Of a stretch of DNA of 64,000 nucleotides, positions 25,291 through 36,650 are shown piece after piece. Location of the stretch: NCBI RefSeq assembly GCF_006345805.1, contig NC_043002.1, positions 24,924,001-24,988,000 of the forward strand, written 5' to 3'. Every line of letters begins with the position of its first letter. Position 1 is the first letter of the stretch. The stretch is from Octopus sinensis (Eukaryota). The translations under genes and the position numbers were made by a program. The notes below the pieces were generated by a model. It worked only from the letters and a program-made list of their open reading frames with translations. It did no database searches and was not told the DNA's origin.

Positions 25291-28200
25291 ATCTCTATCA
25301 CAAAAAATAATCAGAAAACCATCCAGAGAGTAGTGCTTCTACTAACATATAGAATTATATGCCATAATCAGGATGTGTTTCTCTATAATATGGAAAATTG
25401 ATTAGTATTTATTAAATTGATATAAATACATAAATTTTAACAACTTATTTGTGAACCCTTTAATCTGTATTCCATATATATATATATATATATTGTTGCT
25501 TATTTTGATTATAATCACCCCATTTGATTTATATGGATAATACCATACCAAATTCTGGTGGCTTTAACTTAAGTACCATATTCATCTGAATATATATATA
25601 TATATACATTTCCAAAAGTCTCCTTCAGTCTGAACTCCAAATAGATTATTCATTAGTGGTATAATTTTCGGTTTTCCCTTATTTCACTGTTTCTATATGT
25701 ACATTTTTTTTTATCATACCCATTCTCTATTCTGCCAGGTATGAGAGGGGTAGAAACCTAACTACCGCCTGTTAACAAAACCACCAATTTCAGGGAAATG
25801 GCTAAGTTGATTATACTGACCCCAGTGCTCAATTGGTAACTTATTTTATCAACCCTGCTAAGCATTTTGTTCAGTGCAGTAACGATTCTGCCAGCTGGTA
25901 ACTTTCACAAATAAGTATATATTGAAAATCAACTTAACACAAAACAGAACTCCTGTATATGGACCAAAATATATCCTAACTGTAACAATCATTAGAAATC
26001 TTCATTTCAATTAAAAAAGAAATAAATATTTATTTCCCACTTTACCGACTATAATGTATAACATAACAAAAATAAATACAATGTTTTGACACCTTTACTT
26101 GTTCGAAAGTTATTTGCAAGGTATTCTCTTGGCATTTCTCCATTCAATATGTCACCCATATGCTTCGTATCTCCGCTGTCGAATAAGAAATCCTTTACTT
26201 GAAAAACAAGTAAGGCAAAGAAAGGTGATCAATTCCTGATCGCTGCCTATTATACCGAGTGGTATCTTTAATGCTTCGGTATATAAAGCATCATAATTAT
26301 GCCTATACTATAATATAATGGAGTTTAATCAATGCATTAGGTAGGTACTATTATTGCACAACGCATATCCCACTGATTTACGTTTCTTTATATACCGAAG
26401 TACTTCTTGACACTTCTTGTCCGTATAACTTAACAGGTGACACATTTCCAACGTTAAAACCAATCTTTACTAAAGGCAAAATCTAACACAAGCCAAACAC
26501 CTCCACTTGTTCCTTATTAATGATCCCTGGCAAAAGCAAGTCGTCCATTTATATTAACCCAAGTTTTCTCAGAAAGCTGTTATTGCTAAAATAGCATTTA
26601 TGTGATGTAAAGAAAATCCAAGTGTTGGATTTTGTTGGTGGTTAACTCTGATGCATTTGACCAAAGGCTTTGTAGTGATATTCATCCTGTCTTTTGAGTT
26701 TTTCTTTAGACATAATACATCTAGAACATTATAGCGTACTCTTTTCTTTTAAACCAAGTTAGCAGTGGAGGGAGATTTGGCTGTTATTTCTAGTAAATCG
26801 AGCTGCAACGTAGAGGTTACGTCTTCACCTTACGTTGGATTTTTTGTTAACATAGGTACTGTCTCTTGAGCTGTTAAAAAGTACACAAGCAAGAAGTCTT
26901 CATATTTTAGTCTTGAAATGTAACTAGATCAATAGGGCTTGTACAGTTGTGTGATGCATTATAACATTTAATTGATATAGCTTACAGTGATAACATGCAT
27001 ACCTATGAATTCATAAAATCAAAGATTCAATATTCATCTTTTTTTTTCTCAGCAGATGTCTGCATTTGCAGTTCATCCATGCTACAAAAAGAATTACCAT
27101 TTTTGCAGTTGACAGACTTACTATGTCAAAACGTCCTCGTCTTGTTCGTTAAGCATTTCATTTCAAAGAAGTACTTTCTTTTTTTCTTCTTCTTCATTTT
27201 GAGTTCTCACCTTTGCCTTTGTTAAACGTTATTCCAACGCCGTTATCTCAACGTAATGTGGAGAACATTACGGTTAAATATAATTACCTCTGATGCTATC
27301 ATTAAGTTTCGAGCACCATGGACATACATACAGAGCTATCATCGCTGATAGTTTCGTACTTATTCAGTTAACAGACCGGTGTAACTAATGTTGGGAAAAA
27401 CGATATAATATAATATATTAATCTACGTTTAATTATAAACAGGTATACAAGAAATCTCAAAGCTTTACCATTAGGGAAAGAATCGTCGCCGACGTCAACT
27501 TAGACTTTAATTCTTTCAAAATCTATGAAATAAAATACCAACGTAATACTAGGATCACTGCCCCTCCCCTCAAATTTTTTGGCCTTGTGTTTAAATTAAG
27601 AAACAATCAATTTTAAATTGCATACTGAATAAAATGAAGAGAAATTGATATTTCTTTTCGTAATGTATGTATGCATTTGAGTGTGTATAATTTTTCCGCA
27701 CGCATACATGTTAAGGGAGATAACTCATGTCAGACAACGGCGTAGAAGAAGCTAAAAAATGTCTTGATATACTGAAGGAATGACGTACGCAACTCCAACC
27801 ACCACATAAAAAAAAAATTGAAATTTATTTTTTATTTGTATTTTTACTTTACTATTTTTTTTTTACAGAATCGTAATCACCGTTATTTAAAAGATAGAGC
27901 TCAAGAAATTTTCCAGAGATAAAATGTTATCGCTGGTGCTTATTTTGCAATTTTACTGACTTTCCATCGATACATATTATTTTTGTTGTTCCTTTCCTCT
28001 GATCTTTTGCTTTTAGTTTGTTACGGACCATTTAGAGTTTTGCATTCATGATCGCGGTTTCGATTCCCAAATAGAGTGCTGCTTTATGTTCTTGAACAAA
28101 ATATTTTATTTCACGACGCTCGGCGATCACTGCGACAGCTGACATGTACACACCGTGCACCTGTTCAGGTAACGTCGATGGAGGGAGTTAGTTTATCTAC

Positions 28201-29084
28201 AGCACAAACATCTGATCACTATAAACAAATATTCTGTATAGTATCCAGTCGCTGGTCTTCTTTTTCGTAGTAGGCGCGTCTCCCTAGTGCATAAAAGTGC
28301 AAACAGTGTGGTGCTACTAAGGAAATTGGCATGCAGGGCTTTAAGCACATCTTTAATCTAGGCTAGCACCTACCACCTCTGCATGAGATTTCAGCATTAG
28401 ATCTCGACTTACGTCTGTCTAAGCAGATGTACTTCTTCATGTCTTCAACTTCATCGTTTCCTACCTCTGTTCGGTCTTGTGCTACGTTTTCACATTGCAC
28501 ATATATTATTTTCATGCGGTTTATTTTGAATCCTACTGTGAACTTTTTGTGTTCTTCTATCAGCATGGTCTGCGGCAGCTGATTCAAAGTTTCTGCTATG
28601 ACCATAATGACATCTGTTACATAAGTAATGTCGTCATTATGACTTTCTATCCATGGTTTAAAATTTATTGTTAAGTAATTTCAAAATTTTTTAAACTTTT
28701 CTCCTTGAGATTGTGTAAGTGATTGCCTATCAGGTTCACTTTGATTTAGGTCTTTAAAATGTCGTGTCTATCTTGTTTTGCCTTCTGTTTTAAGACATTC
28801 GCCTTTTGCAAGCACCTTCCACAGTTACTTCCCTATCTCGAGAGTTACTTGACTATACAGTCCTTCGATCATTTCTTGCAGCAGTACCTTCTGTGATTTT
28901 TTGCCTGGCTTCAACCCTGTAACGCGAATCCTAACCGAGATTCAATCTATTAATCTTTCTATTCGTCAATAGGAAACTTCGGCTAGTTCCTTAATTTTAA
29001 ATAACATGGGGGTACCACATCTTGCTTTTGTACGTTTCAACCAATAGAAAAAGTTCAGCCCAACCTTTTGTAACCTCTATCTTA

Positions 29085-29801
29085 TAATTCATCGGCTTGG
29101 TAACTCAAGTTAGCTGTGGACCAGTGCCTCACCATGCACTTTGGGAGGAAACACCCAGCTTTTACATAATCCCCTCGCAACACCAATCTTAAGAAGTCTG
29201 TTAGTGAACGTGACCTGGGTATCATTGTAAACAACGATCTGCGTTGGACAAAGCACATCTCTAATATTGTCAAGAAGGCTGAGGGTGTCTTAGCATCACT
29301 CGGTAAGACCTTTGTCAGCTGCTCTCAGTTATCTATTTAAAGTTGTGTTTAACTATGGTACGTTCACACATTTTGCATCACGAGCGTGGAACCTTTATCT
29401 TGCTCATCATATCAATCGCCTGGAAACTGTTCAGAAACGTACAACTAAACGAATACCCGCCGCTTGGCATCTACCGTACTCTGAACGCTTTGCTTCCCTG
29501 AGCATGGACACATTAAAGCATCGTTATCTGGTCACTCTCTCAGCAGATACCCACAAGATTATCCACCATCTTTCCAACAACCTTATGTGCCTTTTTGAAT
29601 TCCATATGTCAGACACTCGTGGATTTGCTTACAAACTCAAAAAACAACACAACTTCTACGACTTTCGGAAACATTTTTTCACGCTCAGAATTAACCTTCA
29701 AAGCTTATGCTTCCTGAAATTCGCCAACAGTACACCTGATGCCTCCCCACTCTTTTTGTTTTTTAGTTGTAGTGCACCTGAGCACTGTATACGACAATTT
29801 T

Positions 29802-29836
<35 letters not shown>
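29085..29836 (+). mobile_element. CR1-clade LINE 3' fragment with (AAT)n tail
   Basis: ERDLGIIVNNDLRWTKHISNIVKKA, HINRLETVQKRTTKRIP, HLPYSERF; 3' end gtgcacctgagcactgtatac shared with the 2326 copy. Confidence 0.85.
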
Positions 29837-30061
29837 GATATAGCAGGCAGAAAAAGTCATTTTAGACAGTTGCGCCCAACCTTCCAACTGACAACACCTG
29901 CGATCAAATGTTTGTTCATGGCCTTACGCCGAAGGCCAATTTCCTAACAACAATAGTCATAACATCAACATGACCACAACAGTAGCAGCTATGAGATAGT
30001 AAATAACTACTAATTGGCTACCTGTCAGACGCGTAAATATTCTTTTCTACTCTATGCACAA

Positions 30062-30412
30062 GTCCCTATATTATGGGGGAGGGGACCAGTCGATTAAATC
30101 GACCTCAGTATTCAACTGGTACTTAATTTATCGACCCCGAAAAGATGAAAGGCAAAGTCGACCATGGCGGAATTTGAACTCAGAACGTAATGACAGACGA
30201 AATACCTACTTCTTTACTGCCCACGAGGGGCTAAACATAGAGAGGACACACAAGGACAGACAAACGGATTAAGTCGATTACATCGACCCCAGTGCGTAAC
30301 TGGTACTTAATTTATCGACCCCGAAAGGATGAAAGGCAAAGTCGACCTCGGCGGAATTTGAACTCAGAACGTAATGGCAGACGAAATACCGCTAAGCCCG
30401 GCGCGCTAACGT
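30062..30412 (-). mobile_element. Tandem SINE A multimer
   Basis: Two consecutive SINE A bodies joined at gtaaagaagtaggtatttcgtct. Confidence 0.85.
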
Positions 30413-30420
30413 TTCTTGTT

Positions 30421-31720
30421 TTTTCATTGCCCACTAGGGGCCAACGTAGAGGGGACAACACAATCCGATTTTGAGGTCAGATACAAACAAATGGTATAAC
30501 ATTAAGGTGATATTAAAAATTCGATACAAAATGTAAATACGAATGATAAACACAACAAAAGACAAAACAGATGGAGTGATGGTTAAGCTCCTGATCCCAC
30601 GAGCCCCAATTCACCACTGATACCGGTGGTAGACCTTCATCATATTCACGTGGTTAGAGTCATGCACAACATTTGTACCACATACTTCCATCTATTATTA
30701 AACATTTTCTCTGACAGGCATCTTCTCTCCAGCCTCACTTTTCTTTTCAAATGAAAAGCGAAATATCTTTGTAGATCGAGACCAGAGATGAAGCCGTCTG
30801 TCATTACTCCTTTCATTCTCGTCTTCCATACCGTCTCTTTCGCGATTGCAACTACTAATGGAAGACAATTCTTACCTTCTTTCGTCAGGAAATCAGGTAG
30901 GTCCATTTTTAAAATTGACTCAGTGGATAGCTGTACTCTTCCTGTACCAGACAACAGATATTTCGCATAAGCTCGCACCTCCGACACCCCCGATTTTGAA
31001 CAATAGCATGCAGGACGGTTTCCCGTTCTTGTCCGCATCCTGGACAGATCGGTGTGTCGCCCCGACCGTGTCTTGCGAGCTTATCCCGAACGGGAAAGGC
31101 TCCTCGGTAACATTGTCAGGTTAAAGACTTTTGAAAATTATCCAGTGTCTTCGGCCCGAATGTACGTTGGAACAGACTGTCTAGTTGATTATCCTCGAGA
31201 CCCAGGGTTGCTCCCAAGGTATCGTCAGATTTAGATTCTACCAAACCACAATAGAAAAATGCGGTTGAACCACCGCTGCTGGCATTGTCCGAGCGATGGA
31301 ATAGCAGGAATGCCTTACGACTTTCCGAACGCTGTGTATCCAATATAGATCTTCGATAGCACCAGGTTTCCCGTGGTGCTAGTGAACGTGGGAAACATCC
31401 GTTTCATCAGCAGAAACCACACCCGTTTACCATCCAGGAGGAGCCAAAGATGCCTCAACGCCAATGCATGTCTTCGCATCGACAACCATGGCATCCCTAG
31501 TCCTCCTTTTAACGGCTTTTGACAGCAGATAGAACGTCTCACAAGTGGTTTCGAGCCCTTCCACAAAAAGCGAAAGAGCTGTCTTTCCAACTTGGTCAAC
31601 CACGAATCTGGGCAAGGCACGACAGTTAGGTGGTAAGTAATGACCGATGCGATGAACACATTGGCCACCTCCGCCCTCCCTTTCAGGGATAGCCACCGCC
31701 TAGACCAGGTCTTGGCTATG
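30421..31720 (-). mobile_element. Tx1-clade LINE, 3' part of ORF2 plus 3' UTR (frameshifted)
   Basis: KLERQLFRFLWKG..PLVRRSICCQKPLKGGLGMP; zf-RVT-like Cys region; AIAKETVWKTRMKG. Confidence 0.85.
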
Positions 31721-31857
31721 TGGTGAGCTGTGTTTCAGATGTGAGGCACAAGGCCAGCAATCTTAGAGGTGGGTAGATCAAGTCGATTACATCGACCGTA
31801 GTCCTCAACTGGTATTTACTTTACAGGCCGAAAGCCGACCTCGACAGAATCTGAACT

Positions 31858-32361
31858 CAAATATTGGGCAACGTTTCGGTTGTCGTAGCACAAGTTTCCG
31901 TCGATTTCCGTAAAAAATGTAAACACTGAATCGACCATACATACATACATACATACATACATACATACATACATACATACATACATACATACATACACAC
32001 ACACATACATAGATACACATACACACACATACATGCAGACATACATATACACATACACCGAGTAAAAAATTTCAGTTATCTCTCTCTTTCACACATTACT
32101 CTCTCTGTCTCTTCGCACACACTAACAGAAGCACTTCACTTACACAACATACTGTCTGTCTCCCACACCCCATCAAACACACACACACACACATGTACAT
32201 CAATGCTTCCCCTGGACGGTAACTTCAAAAGAACTTCCCTCGTCATACAATCGCTTTCTCTTAGTCTCTTTCGCTCTCATTACTTATGTAAAAAAATAAA
32301 AGTCTTTTACGGAAATCGACGGAAACTTGTGCTACGACAAGCGAAACATCGCCAAATATTG
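31858..32361. mobile_element. MITE with ~57-bp TIRs around an (ATAC)n microsatellite, truncating a SINE A copy
   Basis: gtttcggttgtcgtagcacaagtttccgtcgatttccgtaaaa and its reverse complement at ~32303-32360. Confidence 0.8.
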
Positions 32362-32859
32362 ATAATGACAATATTAAACCTTTTAATAGTGAACGGCTTT
32401 CCTTCGCTAGCCTACGAAGTATCAGTGTGAGGAGACGACAACTCGCCGTCTTTTTCAGCCTAACCTTTTTATCTATGTCATGAAGGAAGGTTTTAGGATG
32501 AATGATGTCTTGTACCGCTACTGAAGTATTGCCCAGTTAATTTCTCACCATTCTTTTTAAATACGATATCCAAACAAAGCGGAGAGCTGGCAAACTCGTC
32601 TGCATGCCGGGCAAAATGCTAAGCGGCATTTCGTCCGTCTTTATGCTCTGAGTTCAAATTCTACCGAGGTCGACTTCACCTTTCAGACTTTGGAGATCGA
32701 TAAAAATAAGTATAATATTAAAACAAAAATAGGATCTCTTTCCTACCTCTTAAAATCACTGGATATAATATATATCCAGATTGAAGAATATATTTGAAAA
32801 ACTGAAGCATTTTCCCTTTGCAATTTTTGGCGCCGAAATGAGTTTCATTTTTGTGTGGG

Positions 32860-32897
<38 letters not shown>

Positions 32898-33242
32898 TTA
32901 GTTTTTCATATTCTGCATTCTGGGATTATTATATATATAATATCCAGTGATTTTAAGAGGTAAGAAAGATATTTTTGTTTTAATATTATACTTCTACATC
33001 GTTTCACACATACATGCAAAAACTCTTAACATTTTTTTAGATGAATTTATCGTTTGTTATCTCTCCACACACTTCGTTACCACTGACTTCTATAACCTCT
33101 GCATTTCCACTTATTCATTTCAAGTTCTTTGAATTTTCAATCTAATGTAATCCACACTCTCTCGAAAACGTATTTCTGCAAAATGTTATCTAAAATTATG
33201 GGTAAAGAAAGAAATAGCAAAAAGTATTTGAAAATGGGTCTG

Positions 33243-34075
33243 GGATGAAAATTCCGAGGGTTTCACCCTGCCTCACCTGTTTTCTGGACCCCAAAAAGGG
33301 TTTTGTAGCACATTAGGAGGTCACCGGAATTCGTCCAACGCAAAAAAAAAAAAAAAAATAGAATTCCAATGATTCCGGGATAAGGGTGAAGTCCAGTTTC
33401 CCACCCCCTTCTTTTTAAAAACAAAAACAAGGGGTTTGCAGCATATTAGGAGGTCAGGGTACTTAATTCCATGCAAAAAATCCGAATTATTGTTTTTGTT
33501 CGTGAAAATCGTGCGGGTAAAAAGTTCAATGGGGGTGGGGGTGAAATTTCCAAGGCATTCACCTCACTCCACCCCGTTTTCCGGACCCCAAAAAGGCGTT
33601 TTGTAGCATATTGCCAATTGGTACTATTTAAGAAGAGTGGTCCCGGTGCGCGCACTCGCGTATCAGCGCTAACTAGTCGTGACTAGTCGAGCCTTACTTT
33701 GTGTTTTTGTTTTATTTACTTTGTGTAAAAAAAGTTATTTTGTGCTTTATTTACTTTGCTAGGTGGTCGTTGTAGGATCGACTAGTCACGACTAGCTAGC
33801 GCAGCACCGGGACCACTCTTAAGTAGTACCCCGGAATTCATTCGACGAAAAAAAAATTCCGGCGATCTTTCGTTACCAAAATTTATAATGATTCCGCTTT
33901 TTTGGGGGGGCGGGGGGGAGGGTCCGCTCCCCCTTCCCCCCCACTTTTTCCGAACAATAATAAAGGGTTGCAGCATATTAAGAGGCCAGGGTACTTGATT
34001 CCACGCAAAAATTCCGAGGATGTCTTTTTTCTTTAAGTGAAAATCGTGTGGGTGAAAGGATCAAAATTTACCAAA
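33243..34075. repeat. Unclassified composite repeat (about 290-bp unit, two tandem copies); related copy at 60107-60725
   Basis: Recurring ggaccccaaaaagg, gcagcatattaggaggtcagggtacttgattccacgcaaaaaatccga, gtgaaaatcgtgcgggt. Confidence 0.75.
33620..33830. mobile_element. MITE with long GC-rich TIRs, nested in the composite repeat
   Basis: ggtactatttaagaagagtggtcccggtgc... / ...gcaccgggaccactcttaagtagtacc; sister copy at 35334-35569. Confidence 0.8.
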
Positions 34076-34215
34076 AAAATCTAAATGTGGGGTCCATTCA
34101 TTCGACTTTAAAGCGGTGCCCCAGCATGGGCTGCAATCTAATGACTGAAACAAGTTAAAGATAAAAGATATAACTCTCTATTTTATAACGCTATATTTCT
34201 GTAAATTTCTAAATA

Positions 34216-34750
34216 TCTATATATATAAAACTGTAGTTGTGTGAGTGTCTGTCCCCTTCGATTTAGATTCCTAACTCCTCCCACATTTTGCGGTGCAGTT
34301 TAACCAAATTCGGGTATCTTATAGTCGTGATTAATATCGAGCCCGTCTGGCTATTAGCGCGCGTCTGGCTATTAGCGCGCGACTACGATGAGTCTACGAT
34401 TTTAAAAATAATATAACATCATTTTTTATTCCATTTTAATGCATAATTTTTCGTGTGTCGATGGCGGCGGTGTTGGCGTCCACGCTCAAACACCTGCACC
34501 TGTGTTTGCTTCTCCCCCTTCTTCCCTCCCTCGTGAAGCTGTGGGGAAGGGAGTGTAAGCAAATCAACGTCGTAAAGCGTTGTCAAGGAGACCAGCGTTC
34601 TTTTAGAACAACGACCTCATGGCTTGAAGACACCAAAACAGAAATGGCTAAGAAAGCCCGAATTGGCATCTATAAGGGAAGTAACTCTCTAAAAATGCTT
34701 ATATAGTTATTTCCCTTACAAACCCGAGCAACGCCGGGCGATACTGCTAG
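34216..34750 (+). mobile_element. Non-autonomous Helitron
   Basis: Starts TC (tctatatatataaaac), ends CTAG after hairpin cccgagcaacgccggg, inserted between A and T. Confidence 0.85.
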
Positions 34751-35333
34751 TACCTAATAAATTAACTGCCTATCTTTCTGTCTGCCACTGCTGATTGTTT
34801 ACAAAATTATTATTACTTAGTTTAGCCATGAGCCTATAAACATCGCTTATTTCAGCCTCTACTTCCGGCTACCCATGCCATGCCGTGTTGACTGTTGATC
34901 CTATTCGTAGAAGTGTACGTATTTTTTCTAGTTATTTTAGTAGAACGTGGCTAAACAACAGAAATATGGTTGTTTGGCCTGTGGTTAAAGACGTTCCAGT
35001 CATGGCAATCTTGTCTTTGTCCACAGCATAGTTGAGAAATATAAACTAATAGCTAACGTTTCCTTATATTTTGTCTACTAGAGGTGTGATTTAAGTATGA
35101 TTTCGCTGTTATTTCTAGCAGTCTCGATAAGTGTGACTCTTCGTAAGGGATGCGTTAGTTTAGAGAAAGAAAGCATGGAAGAAACTGTTGATATAAGATG
35201 TCTTCGGATTGATTTAACATAACTACTGTATTGGTAGTTTACGTGTGTATTTTTACTGTTGTTTATGTTTCAGTGATGTGTTGTATGGAGACGTTTGTGA
35301 AGATAGTAGCCATACATATATACAAGTATATTC

Positions 35334-35569
35334 GGTACTATTTAAGAAGAGTGTTCCCGGTGCGCGCACTCGCGCATCCGCGCTATCTAGTCGGTCCTTA
35401 CTTTGTGTTTTATTTACTTTGTTTAAAATTTTTTTTTTACTTTGTGGAAAAAAATTATTTTGTGTTTTATATACTTCGCTAGGTGGTCATTGTAGGATGG
35501 ACTAGTCACGACTAGCTAGTGCGGATACGCGAGTGCGCGCACCGGGACCACTCTTCTTAAAAAATACTA
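35334..35569. mobile_element. MITE, sister of 33620-33830
   Basis: ~60-bp TIRs; 8-bp flanking duplication gtatattc (35326-33, 35570-77) suggests hAT/P-type. Confidence 0.8.
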
Positions 35570-36160
35570 GTATATTCCAGGGATCCAAGTGTAGGAAGTC
35601 AGTAAACTTCAAGCAATTAGGCGGCTAGTGTAGGGGACAAAAAGTTAACAGTATATGATAAAATATGTGGCATTCTTTCGATATAACTCGATGGACCAAA
35701 ACATTTCAGTTCGGCTCTTTCCATGACTGTTGTCAACTGTCAGTTCACGAAAGGGGAGGAGGAGAAAGCTAATGGGTTGTACGTGCGTGCGTGCTTGTTC
35801 TTGTGTGTGTGTATGTGCTTGTTCCTCTATCTGTGTGTACGTGCTTGTTTGTCTGTGTGTGTGCGCCTGCCCTGTTTTTATGTATTTATGTATTGTGGAC
35901 TATAGATGTAACGAAATTATACCAACAATACTCTCTTTACTCTTTTACTTGTTTCAGTCATTTGACTGCGGCCATGCTGGAGCACCACCTTTAGTCGAGC
36001 AAATCGACCCCAGGACTTATTCTTTGTAAGCCTAGTACTTATTCTATCGTTCTCTTTTACCGAACCGCTAAGTTACGGGGACGTAAACACACCAGCATCG
36101 GTTGTCAAGCGATGTTGGGGCAACAAACTCAGACACTCAAACATATACACGCACATACGT

Positions 36161-36225
<65 letters not shown>

Positions 36226-36240
36226 CACGCACACACACAT

Positions 36241-36650
36241 TCCTTCCTGTTTCTGGCCTGCCGTCCTGACTCGCTACTGCTGCTTGCCACTAGCCTTCGC
36301 CCACCATATACACACATACACACACACGCACACACACACCCTTGTCATCTCACACACCGTTGTTTACCATTCCTTCTTTGATTCCGCTCGCCTGTTTTTG
36401 AAAACCTGCTCCCTCTTGTTGACCACTTCTGCCTTTTCAGTATGTGACCTCGTGAAGACCACTTGCATTTTTTTCCCTCTGTCCTCCCACCTCGGGATCT
36501 TTCTTTCTCCTATGTTTCCGACGAAGAGCTCCGCTCGAAACGTCATACCCTCCTTCTTCCCTTCTTTCCTAAGCACCCAATAATACTTTATTTGTTCCAC
36601 ATCCTCGCGTTGTTGTCTTTTTGTTTTCTTGTTTGGATTAACTTTATATA
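36241..36650 (+). mobile_element. Pyrimidine-rich non-coding fragment, probably a Penelope-like terminal repeat
   Basis: Carries a minimal hammerhead motif, a hallmark of Penelope-like element repeats; no RT or GIY-YIG ORF present. Confidence 0.5.
36511..36550 (+). ncRNA. Minimal type I hammerhead-ribozyme-like motif
   Basis: CCGACGA-A-GAGC-UCC-GCUC-GAAAC-GUC: near-canonical core (U4C), 4-bp stem II, palindromic ACGU stem III. Confidence 0.55.

Noticed and set aside
33620-33830. Short repeats as CRISPR-like arrays
   Set aside because: Eukaryotic context; these are inverted termini of a MITE, with no repeat-spacer periodicity.
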